A stretch of 64,000 bases of DNA from positions 3,410,001-3,474,000 of the forward strand of contig CATNEN010000038.1 of assembly GCA_950097015.1 (NCBI GenBank), in the 5' to 3' direction. This DNA comes from Macrostomum hystrix (lineage: Eukaryota; Animalia; Platyhelminthes). Position numbers and translations under genes: made by a program. A model generated the notes under the pieces. The model ran no database searches. It saw only the letters and a list, made by a program, of their open reading frames with translations, and was not told the DNA's origin. Below are positions 50,301 through 61,700 of this stretch, in pieces; position 1 is the first letter of the stretch, and every line of letters starts with the position of its first letter.

Positions 50301-52025
50301 AATGACGAGAATGACGAGTTCGATTGCCTCATTGCTTTTTAATTTGATTGAATTGCATTTCGAGAGTTGATCGAAGCAAAAGTACAAGGAGATATTGAAG
50401 TTGTGAACAAAAATGCATAGCGGTGCAACTAAAAAATCTAAACAATTTCTGAGCAAGATGAGCTGCCCTGGAGCTGACTCGCTGTTCTCAAGTAGAGCTT
50501 CTCAGATTTTTTTAACTCATGGCCTTTTCTTTACATCGTTTGAATTTGACTATCAGAATTCAAGCGATTAGAGTTTTGCCACCCCAATCTCCTCCGAAGG
50601 ACGAGTTCAGCGAGACGAAAATATGACATATTGGTATATATGCGTGTCTTTTAGTGTTATATTAAGCCCTTGCTGTTTCGACTGTACCAATACTCGCTCG
50701 AAAAGTAAAATATTGAACAAGGTAAACAAAAAAGCCAACAGAATTAGCCGCAATTCAAGATTGTGTACACATGAAACTTAAAAAATCAATCCAAACAACT
50801 TGAAGCTTCCGAACGAAAAGAAAAATAAAGACAGAAAATTTCACACCAAAGAGACAGTGAAGAAATTTAAAAGCCTTGCTTTATCGTGTTTTTTAAGGGT
50901 CAGTCCTTCGGTACCTTTCTGCCACCGATCACAGACTCGGGCGGTTTTCCAATCTGCATCGTTTTTTTTGTCAACGAATTTCGAACCAGTTGAAAGACTA
51001 TTCCTTTACTTCGTGTACATAAGAGTTTTTCCATGACGAGAAATCTGACTCACCTGCTCCACAGCCTGGTACTCGCCGTGCTGCTGGCAGCCAACGTCGA
51101 ACACGTACTTGCCCTTGCCGTCCATCTGGGAGAAAAATGGCATTAAGTTACGAATGTTCAGTAGTTATATTTAGGCAAACAGCTGAGAATGGAGCATTTG
51201 AATGTATGACTTACATAGCCCTTGCGCCACAGACCGACATACTTGTGATTGGCGTGGATCAGCTCACCATAGCCGTCCATTTTGCCCTCCTTCCACATGC
51301 CGACATACTTGGAGCCGGTTTCGCTAAAGAAGTAAGTGCCCCGGCCGTGGCGCTGGTGCTGATGCCACTCGCCGTCGTAGTAGTCGCCGTTGACGTACAT
51401 GTATTTTCCGGTGCCCGATCGTTGGTCCTCAATCCAGTTACCTGGGGTGTTTGAACATCTAAGTGAGTTAATAAATCTAATTTTTCCAACGAGTTCACAT
51501 TCCTTTTACCACTATAAACTAGCAATTCTCTAATCAGAATTGAATTCACCTTCATATCGGGATCCATCAGGGTAGATGAAAACGCCCTTGCCATGCTTCT
51601 TGTTCTTCTGGTATTGACCTTCGTAGCGAGCGCCGTTCTTAAACCTGATATATTATATTGAAAAATTACACACGTAAAAACTCTTCAGGGATTAACAATT
51701 TAAACTAAGAGTTCAGAAATGCCGAATTTTACTTACCTGTACAGTCCAGATCCGTGTCGCTTTCCATTCTCATACTCACCAACGTATGTATCACCATTTG
51801 GCAGTGTGGCTTTTCCGTGGCCATGCCTTTCATCCCGTTCGTTCCTCTCTCCCTCGTACTCCTAAATGGGAGCAAAAAGAAAAAGAGCAAAAAATGTTCA
51901 CGAATAAAATAAAACATTTATTACTTTCAAATTCAAGTGAAACATATTTATATATTTATACTTTTTTTTCAACTTACACCGAGGTTCATGCCCTGTTCCT
52001 CCTCTTCTTCTGATCCGTCAGACAT
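47353..52025 (-). CDS. RSPH1: Radial spoke head protein 1 (MORN repeats, acidic C-terminal tail)
   Basis: Frame-consistent exons: 51978-52025 ([16 protein letters not shown]), 51737-51861 ([26 protein letters not shown]), 51550-51644, 51215-51441 ([20 protein letters not shown]), 51054-51125 ([15 protein letters not shown]), 50078-50255 and 47353-47564. Closely resembles vertebrate RSPH1 as I recall it. Confidence 0.93.
47947..48665. repeat. 21-bp minisatellite (AACAGGTACCATCGTCTGTCA)n
   Basis: About 33 copies in the last RSPH1 intron. Confidence 0.95.
49508..49925. repeat. 16-bp minisatellite (GAATTGGGATTTCTGT)n
   Basis: Degenerate tandem copies in an RSPH1 intron. Confidence 0.9.
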
Positions 52026-53274
52026 GATTGTGCGAATACTTAACTGGTATATGCAATGAATACAAAGTAGCAAATTTAAATGTTTTCTTACTGGACGAGC
52101 TAAGAATTACGTCGTTTAATTCTTATTTGAAAATGTAACGAATCACCATGACAAAAAACGGTAGATTGTATATTATAAAAATGTCACTAAAATTAATTTC
52201 AAGAAAACACATGCAGGGTTTAAAATAATTGTCAGATAAATTTTACTTTCTTTATTTAAATATTAACTGCTATAATTTGTTATAACCTATAGCATATGCC
52301 CATAGCAACTTGGGTAGTTTGTTAAATCCATAATAATTTTTATTTGTTTATGTATTAAAATTGACACTTGAATAATTAAATTACAAAAAATGCTACAAAT
52401 AAATTAGCTTAAAAGTTACCACCTTCTTTGTTATGCTGTAGCAGATAAAAAGCTATTTATTTAAATTTATCATTTTCCTAGATATAATTATAAATCGTTT
52501 CATTGAGATTTACATTGACGTTCTTCACTGACTCTAAAAACTGAAAAATATATTTTTCGTGACCGAAAATACTTAAGAAATTTAAAGTAGACTGTGTGCA
52601 TACGTGTGTCTTGCACTAATAGCTGCAATCTTTGGGCACTGCTAAAAGGATCTGTGACTTTAAAAAGATGTTTTACTATTCTCCTAATCTTTTTGCCGAT
52701 CATTAGGATAACTTTCTGATATAAAAAACAAACGAATCATTTACTTGCTTTCCCAAATGCATGCTTTTCTTATACTATTTGAGATCAAATGGACATATTA
52801 TATGAATATAATCCGACGTCCAATGATGGCAGATGGAAGAAAAAAGAGAAAGGAAATTGTTGCCATTTTAAAACCTTACGGTAAAGAAAATTTTGATTGA
52901 CAAGAATATATTTATTTCATTTCTTAGAACAGAACTTTGCAATCAAGTCAAAAATATATAAAGAAAAAAAGTTTTTTGGTTGTGTTAAGTTCTAATATAA
53001 AATTTAATCTAATTTTTTGTGAAATACTTAAGAAGTGTTAATATTCCATAATAACAATTATACAAAGAGTTGAAATTAGAAGATGTATCAAGATTTTTTA
53101 TTGAAAAATAAAATAAAAATATAGAATTTTTTTATTACCCAAACCTACCTAAAGAAGTAAAACTATTCACTTTCTCATTGTGGGTTTAATAATTAGCATC
53201 TTACAAAGGCTTTTTGTTGGTTGCCTTCTACTTCATCACCTTTTACATCGCGTATAACACTCTGCGATTTCCAG

Positions 53275-54425
53275 TCGTTTTTATTCAACGTCAACAAGCC
53301 GACCTACGAGGAGGAGGATGCGGGGGTAGCATCGACACAGATGCGGCAGGAGGAGCCAACAGAGGCAGACAGAGTCGATGGGCCGACATCTGAGGATGCA
53401 GTTCAATGGTTTAGCATTGCCGACAGCAACTCAGACGGCAGAATCTCTGCTCGGGAGCTGCAGCAGGTCCTGGTAACTGATGACTACCGACAGTTCGGCT
53501 CTGGCACCTGCCAGCTACTTGTGCAGCTGTTTTCTTTGAACGGAAGCGATTCCGTTGGCCTGGAACAGTTCCAGGTGAGGGACAAGCGGATTATAATATC
53601 GATAATCCTTATTTGCTTAGAATTTTAATTTAGAGAGAAGAGAAAAGAAAGAAGGATTTCGAAAAGTGACAGATAAAAGTGACTATCCGGGAGTGACAGA
53701 TAATGGGGAATAGGAAAGAAACAGAGATGCTGGGGGAAATGGGAAAATTATAAGATAAGGGGAAGGGAAGAGACGGGGATGAACCTGAAAAGGATGAGAT
53801 TAAGATGAGAGGAAGAGATGAGATTAAGATGAGAGGAAGGGGTGAGATAAGATGAGAGGAAGGGATGAGATAGAGATGACAGGAAGGGATGAGATAGAGA
53901 GGAAGGGATGAGATAGAGATGAAGGGAAGAGAAGGGAGATATGGGGAGAAGGGATAAGTTACAAATGGGAACAGAAGCAGATTCAGGGAGAAACAGTACT
54001 CAGGTCAACTAGACCCAGCTCATACTCACAGTCAGTAGTTAAAAGTGGAATCCAACGTTTGCTCAATCTGCGCATCATTTCAAAAGCGAATCTGCGCCTT
54101 CGTGCGTTACTGGCGCGAAGTATTTCTGGCTTTCGACAACGACCAGTCGGGCCTGATCGACTGCCGGAAGCTGCGTGCGGCCATTCTCGAAATTCACGAG
54201 GGCTGCCTTCTCTCCGCCGGCTTTCTTCAGCGGGCAATGCGGCGATTCGACAGCGCCGCGCAGCAGACGCGGCCGACGCTGAACCTTGACGGCTTCATCT
54301 CGTTGAACGCCTTGATTCAGAGGTACTCCGAGCAGTACTGGAAGATGCAGGAGGCCGCGCCAACGGACGTCGACCTGGAGCAGTTTCTCATTCTTAGAAT
54401 TGAAGAGTCGCCAACATCTTTGTGA
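53275..54425 (+). CDS. Penta-EF-hand family Ca2+-binding protein (peflin/ALG-2/sorcin-like), divergent; start uncertain (possible ATG at 53341)
   Basis: Exon 53275-53574 (WFSIADSNSDGRISARELQQVL..TCQLLVQLF..VGLEQFQ|gtgagg) joins in phase 0 to exon 54087-54425 (WREVFLAFDNDQSGLIDCRKLRAAI..RRFD..LNLDGFI). Confidence 0.8.
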
Positions 54426-54604
54426 GGCAGAAATTTACAACTGAGATCGAAGGTTGAGTTTTGCACTAAATAGATGAGTTGCTCACGCTGTTAGTTTACC
54501 AGAAAAGTTACTTTGCTTTGTTAAGGGATTCAATCAAGGACCACTAGGAGAATAAGGACGGGAAAATGCGTTTCCTGAAAAGAGTTTAGGAGGCTGATAG
54601 CAAG

Positions 54605-54840
54605 AGGCTGTAGCCTAGTGGTAAGAGCGTGTGACTTACGAACTTGAAGTTCGGAGGTTCGATTCCCGACTCCACTGGAATAATTTGTGTCCTTTAGCAA
54701 GACACTTAACTCTGCATTGCTTCAGCTTACCCAGCTTTCAAATGGGTACCAGAACTAGCTGGAGTAATTGAGGGTGGGTGTGGCGTTCCCCGAGTCCATG
54801 GAATGAACAGCTGTAGATGCGCCGCGCAACAGCTGCGGCT
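54605..54840 (+). mobile_element. tRNA-derived CORE-like SINE (family A), near full length
   Basis: A box TAGCCTAGTGG and B box GGTTCGATTCC, then TGTGTCCTTTAGCAAGACACTTAAC..GCTTCAG..AAATGGG resembling the CORE-SINE domain. 3' part shared with the 5724 copy. Confidence 0.85.
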
Positions 54841-54865
54841 ATGCTGTCGGCTGGTTCAACAGCAA

Positions 54866-55165
54866 AACGTAGTTTCTATTCTAAGAAACGTATTTTATTG
54901 AAACGTAGCTTTAAGTCTAAGAAACTTAGTTTCTATTCTAAGAAACGTAGTTTCTATTCTAAGAAACGTAGTTTCTATTCTAAGAAACGTAGTTTCTATT
55001 CTAAGAAACGTAGTTTCTATTCTAAGAAACGTAGTTTCTATTCTAAGAAACGTAGTTTCTATTCTAAGAAACGTTGTTTCTTTTCTAAGAAACGTAGATT
55101 ATATTCTTAGAAACATGTTTTTAAATATGAGAAACATAGTTCTAAGAAACTATATTCTAAGAAAC
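54866..55165. repeat. 21-bp minisatellite (TCTAAGAAACGTAGTTTCTAT)n
   Basis: Tandem copies. Confidence 0.9.
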
Positions 55166-55746
55166 AGTGTTCCTTTAACTTCTAGTGGTCCTGGTGGATT
55201 TATTTTTTAAGGCCTGTTTTTACTCAATGCGATTAGTCAAAAAAATCGTATTTTAAAATGTTTTTTTTCTCTAACCTTGGATTTCTTAAAGTGTTGAAAA
55301 AGTCAGTATTTGTGCTCTTTTATTAATTATAAAACAAGTCTTGTTCACTGCTTCCAAGCCTGCAGCTGTCAATAATATCAACGTTACAACTTTTTATACC
55401 TATAAATTAGTTCATAAATTCTAGGTAAAACTATTATAGTAATTCACTTTTTATTCTAGTTTTTCTTTTTTATGTCATTAACAGCTTCTAATAGTGTCAA
55501 GATTTTCTCTGAGTGTAATTTACGAGCAACCAAAAATATTGTTGACATCCTTATACATAAATTATTTGTGTAGAGTACTTTTTATTGTCAAAGGTTTTAT
55601 TATTTTAAGAAATTTATTTCCGTTTTTTTCATTTTAAACATGATGTCAATAAAATCTAAGATATGAAAAGGAAATCCAACTCATTATTAAATTTTTTTGC
55701 GATAATATACATTTCAGTGGTCCGACACCCTGAGCCTATAGAAGCT

Positions 55747-58700
55747 ATGGTAACGGCATTCAGTGCCACGAGATGGTGCTACAACGAAGGACCAAGGGTC
55801 GTTGTGCTGGTAAGCAAACATCCTCCTCCCCCATTAAGAAAAATAGGAGGGAAGAATGGGAGGAGAGGGAAGAATGGGAGGAGAGAATTGGGAGGGATAG
55901 GAGGACAGGGACAGGATTAGAAAGGATGAGGAAGAATCGGAGGGAGGATTGGGAAGAATGGGAGAGAAGGATTGGGAAAATGGGATTATTGTGAAGAATG
56001 GGAGCGAAGGATTGGGAAGAATGGGAGAGAAGGATAGGGAAGAATGGGAGAGAAGGATAGGGAAGAATGGGAGAGAAGGATAGGGAAGAATGGGAGAGAA
56101 GGATTGGGAAGAATGGGAGAGAAGGATTGGGAAGAATGGGAGAGAAGGATTGGGAAGAATGGGAGAGAAGGATTGGGAAGAATGGGAGGATTGTCAAGAA
56201 TGGGAGCGAAGGATTGGGAAGAATGGGAGGATTGGGAAGAATGGGAGAGAAGGATAGGGAAGAATGGGAGAGAAGGATAGGGAAGAATGGGAGAGAAGGA
56301 TTGGGAAGAATGGGAGGATTGTCAAGAATGGGAGCGAAGGATTGGGAAGAATGGGAGGAATGGGAAGAATGGGAGAGAAGGATAGGGAAGAATGGGAGAG
56401 AAGGATTGGGAAGAATGGGAGGATTGTGAAGAATGGGAGAGAAGGATTGGGAAGAATGGGAGGATTGGGAAGAATGGGAGGATTGGGAAGAATGGGAGGA
56501 TTGGGAAGAATGGGAGAGAAGGATTGGGAAGAATGGGAGAGAAGGATTGGGAAGAATGGGAGAGAAGGATTGGGAAGAATGGGAGGATTGTCAAGAATGG
56601 GAGCGAAGGATTGGGAAGAATGGGAGGATTGGGAAGAATGGGAGAGAAGGATAGGGAAGAATGGGAGAGAAGGATTGGGAAGAATGGGAGGATTGTGAAG
56701 AATGGGAGAGAAGGATTGGGAAGAATGGGAGGATTGGGAAGAATGGGAGAGAAGGATAGGGAAGAATGGGAGAGAAGGATAGGGAAGAATGGGAGAGAAG
56801 GATTGGGAAGAATGGGAGAGAAGGATAGGAAAGAATGGGAGAGAAGGATTGGGAAGAATGGGAGGATTGTGAAGAATGGGAGCGAAGGATTGGGAAGAAT
56901 GGGAGAGAAGGATAGGGAAGAATGGGAGAGAAGGATAGGGAAGAATGGGAGAGAAGGATAGGGAAGAATGGGAGAGAAGGATAGGGAAGAATGGGAGAGA
57001 AGGATTAGGAAGAATGGGAGGATTGGGAAGAATGGGAGAGAAGGATTGGGAAGAATGGGAGGATTGGGAAGAATGGGAGGATTGGGAAGAATGGGAGAGA
57101 AGGATTGGGAAGAATGGGAGAGAAGGATAGGGAAGAATGGGAGAGAAGGATTGGGAAGAATGGGAGGATTAGGAAGAATGGGAGAGAAGGATTGGGAAGA
57201 ATGGGAGGATTGGGAAGAATGGGAGAGAAGGATAGGGAAGAATGGGAGAGAAGGATAGGGAGAATGGGAGGATTGGGAAGAATGGGAGGAGAGGATTGGG
57301 AAGAATTGGAGGAGAGGATTGGGAAGAATGGGAGAGAAGGATTGGGAAGAAATGGAGAGAAGGATTGGGAAGAATGGGGGAGAAGGATTGGGAAGAATCG
57401 GAGAGAAGGATTGGGAAAAATGGGAGGATTGGGAAGAATGGGAGGAGAGGATAGGGAAGAATGAGAGGAGAGGATTGGGAAGAATGGGAGGAGAGGATTG
57501 GGAAGAATGGGAGGAGAGGATTGGGAAGAATGGGAGAGAAGGATTGGGAAAATGGGAGGATTGGGAAGAATGGGAGGAGAGGATAGGGAAGAATGGGAGG
57601 AGAGGATTGGGAAGAATGGGAGGAGAGGATTGGGAAGAATCGGAGGAGAGGATTGGGAAGAATGGGGAGGAGAGGATAGGGATGAATGGGAGGAGAGGAT
57701 TGGGAAGAATGGGAGAGAAGGATTGGGAAGAATGGAAGGAGAAGAATTTGGCGGAAGAATCCCTTTCCTGACGTCCATTAGCCTACCTAAAACTTAGAAA
57801 ATAAAAAAACTGTTTATCTGCGAACATTCAGTTTGTCCTGCTGCTGGGTAATCTGATCATTTTTGCTGTCACCCTGTCGCACTATGAGCATTCGACAAGT
57901 TTCTACTACCACAGGCTCATGCTTGGGGTAAGTCTTTCTGATTTTCTACGAGTTCATGTACATACTGTACTTGGGGAATTCCTCACGTGACCCACTGACG
58001 ATTCTGTTCTATTTTTAGCACAGCCTGTCATTGGCCAGGGCGTCGGCCGCCTGCCTGAATTTCAATTGCGCCCTGGTTATCCTGCCAGTATGCCGCAATC
58101 TGCTTCATTTTGTCCGCTACCTGTGCGTTAACAGACGGGTTAGTGGTGCTGCTGCTACTCTTTGGCATACAAGAAGTGATAAAACAAGCTGGCCCATAGG
58201 GCAAGTTCTTGGACTTCTAAACAATGGAGGGAGAGGAAAACAGCGGAGTGAGAGGTAGACAGCGGAGTGAGAGGTAGACAGTGGAGCGAGATGTAGACAG
58301 TGGAGAGAGAGATAGACATTGGAGTGAGAGTAGACAGTAGACTGGGAGTAGACAGTGGAGTGAGAGTAGACAGTAGACTGGGAGTAGACAGTGGAGTGAG
58401 AGTAGACAGTAGACTGGGAGTAGACAGTGGAGTGAGAGTAGACAGTAGACTGGGAGTAGACAGTGGAGTGAGAGTAGACAGTAGACTGGGAGTAGACAGT
58501 GGAGTGAGAGTAGACAGTAGACTGGGAGTAGACAGTGGAGTGAAAGTAGACAGTGGAGTGAGAGGTAGACAGTGGAGTGAGAGGTCGACAGTAGAGTGAG
58601 AGGTAGACAGTGGAGTGAGAGGTAGACAGTGGAGTGAGAGGTAGACAGTGGAGTGAGAGGTCGACAGTAGAGTGAGAGGTAGACTGTGGAGTGAGAGGTA

Positions 58701-61700
58701 GACAGTGGAGTGAGAGTAGACAGTGGAGTAAGAGTAGACAGTGGAGTGAGAGGTCGACAGTGGAGTGAGAGGTCGACAGTAGAGTGAGAGGTAGACAGTG
58801 GAGTGAGAGGTAGACTGTGGAGTGAGAGTAGACAGTAGAGTGAGAGGTAGACAGTGGAGTGAGAGGTAGACTGTGGAGTGAGAGGTCGACAGTAGAGTGA
58901 GAGGTAGACAGTGGAGTGAGAGTAGACAGTGGAGTGAGAGTAGACAGTGGAGTGAGAGGTCGACAGTAAAGTGAGAGTAGACAGTGGAGTGAGAGGTCGA
59001 CAGTAGAGTGAGAGGTAGACAGTGGAGTGAGAGTAGACAGTGGAGTGAGAGGTAGACTGTGGAGTGAGAGTAGACAGTGGAGTGAGAGGTAGACAGTGGA
59101 GTGAGAGTAGACAGTGGAGTGAGAGGTAGACTGTGGAGTGAGAGGTAGACTGTGGAGTGAGAGGTAGACAGTGGAGTGAGAGTTGACAGTTGAGTGAGAG
59201 GTCGACAGTGGAGTGAGAGTAGACAGTGGAGTAAGAGTAGACAGTGGAGTGAGAGGTCGACAGTAGAGTGAGAGGTAGACAGTGGAGTGAGAGGTAGACT
59301 GTGGAGTGAGAGTAGACAGTAGAGTGAGAGGTAGACAGTGGAGTGAGAGGTAGACTGTGGAGTGAGAGGTCGACAGTAGAGTGAGAGGTAGACAGTGGAG
59401 TGAGAGTAGACAGTGGAGTGAGAGGTAGACTGTGGAGTGAGAGTAGACAGTGGAGTGAGAGGTAGACAGTGGAGTGAGAGTAGACAGTGGAGTGAGAGGT
59501 AGACAGTGGAGTGAGAGGTAGACTGTGGAGTGAGAGGTCGACAGTAGAGTGAGAGGTAGACAGTGGAGTGAGAGTAGACAGTGGAGTGAGAGTAGACAGT
59601 GGAGTGAGAGGTCGACAGTAAAGTGAGAGGTAGACAGTGGAGTGAGAGGTCGACAGTAGAGTGAGAGGTAGACAGTGGAGTGAGAGTAGACAGTGGAGTG
59701 AGAGGTAGACTGTGGAGTGAGAGGTAGACAGTGGAGTGAGAGTAGGCAGTGGAGTGAGAGTAGACAGTGGAGTGAGAGGTCGACAGTAAAGTGAGAGGTA
59801 GACAGTGGAGTGAGAGGTCGACAGTAGAGTGAGAGGTAGACTGTGGAGTGAGAGTAGACAGTGGAGTGAGAGGTAGACTGTGGAGTGAGAGGTAGACAGT
59901 GGAGTGAGAGGTAGACAGTTGAGTGAGAGTAGACAGTGGAGTGAGAGGTAGACAGTGGAGTGAGAGTAGACAGTGGAGTGAGAGGTAGACTGTGGAGTGA
60001 GAGGTAGACAGTGGAGTGAGAGTTGACAGTTGAGTGAGAGGTAGACAGTGGAGTGAGAGTTGACAGTTAAGTGAGAGGTAGACAGTGGAGTGAGAGGTAG
60101 ACTGTGGAGTGAGAGGTAGACTGTGGAGTGAGAGGTAGACAGTGGAGTGAGAGTTGACAGTTGAGTGAGAGGTAGACAGTAATTAAGAGATCACACGCGC
60201 CTCCCCAGGTGTGCAAGCGCAATATGCGCCGACTGGCGGACGACAACATCAGTCTGCACCGAGCCGTGGCCTGGCTGATCTGCCTCCACACTGCAGTGCA
60301 CGCGGCCTCCCACTATCTCAACGTGGAGCGATTCGTTCGCGCGTTCGACTCGCCGACAGGGCCGAGCAACGGCACGGCGGGCGGCAGCCTGCTGCGAACC
60401 CTGTCAACGCTGGGGTCCGGCGATCGTCGGATCAATCCGGTGAGGCGCGCCGACTCGGACCCGCTGCTGGAGGCGGTCGCCATGCTGCCGGGCTGGACTG
60501 GGCTGCTGCTCGTCTGCCTGCTGACGGTCATCGCCGCCTCGGCTGCCGGCGCCGTTAAACGGGCCAGATTTGAAAGCTTCTGGTATGCGCACAAGCTGTT
60601 CATCGGCTTTTACCTGCTGCTGATTGTGCATGGCTTTGCGTAAGTTACCGTTGGATTTCTCTTAAATTTTCCACTTGTCTGTTCTCCCACTGAGTTCTTC
60701 CCCCTGATACGCCCTTGAGTTCTCCCCTAAGTTTTACCACTTAGTTCACCCCATGAGTTCTCCCCCTGAGTTCTCCCACTGAGTTCTCTCCATGAGTTCT
60801 CCCCCTGAGTTCTCTCCATGAGTTCTCCCACTGAGTTCTCCCTATGAGTTCTCCCACTGAGTTCTCCCTATGAGTTCTCCCCCTGAGGTCTCCCACTGAG
60901 TTCTCTCCATGAGTTCTCCCCCTGAGTTCTCCCCCTGAGTTCTCCCACTGAGTTCTCTCCATGAGTTCTCCCCCTGAGTTCTCTCCATGAGTTCTCCCAC
61001 TGAGTTCTCCCTATGAGTTCTCCCACTGAGTTCTCCCTATGAGTTCTCCCCCTGAGGTCTCCCACTGAGTTCTCTCCATGAGTTCTCGCCCTGAATTCTC
61101 CCCCTGAGTTCTCCCACTGCGTTCTCTCCATGAGTTCTCCCCCTGAGTTCTCCCACTGAGTTCTCTCCATGAGTTCTCCCACTGAGTTCTCCCTATGAGT
61201 TCTCCCACTGAGTTCTCTCCATGAGTTCTCCTTCTGAGTTCTTCCCCCTGATACGCACTTGAGTTCTCTCCATGAGTTCACCCACTGAGTTCTCTCCATG
61301 AATTCTCCCCCTGAGTTCTCACCTGAGTTCCCTCGCTGAGTTCTCTCCCTGAGATTATCCCCTTAAAAGGAACGAGCTTTCTCCTCATACAAAACTGTAC
61401 TAACCGATCAAACACTGCTCACACTGCTCAGCGGCATCGTGAGTCCTCAATCGAACCTCTCGGCTCACGACCCGACCATCTGCGCCAACAAATTCCAACT
61501 TTGGGGCAGCAGCGTCCTGCCGGACTGCCCAGTGCCAACCTTCAGCTTCCCCGGACCAACGGTTTGTCTGGTTTCCACTTTTTATTGCCTTTTCTTTCAG
61601 TATTTAGCTACTGGTCGAGGCTGGTATCGGCAGTCACGTGACTGGTTCGAAAATAATCAAACTGGGAATTCCCCAACATGGTTTTCTAAAAATAGACGCT

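Larger units (their letters stand above)
54535..55194. mobile_element. Possible MITE with ~24-bp inverted termini, containing a SINE and a satellite
   Basis: CAAGGACCACTAGGAGAATAAGGA is near-complementary to TCCTTTAACTTCTAGTGGTCCTGG. No clear TSD. Confidence 0.45.

Noticed and set aside
54605-54680. tRNA gene
   Set aside because: A and B boxes are present, but the cloverleaf is broken and the sequence runs into a SINE body. The same applies to 44020 and 12303.
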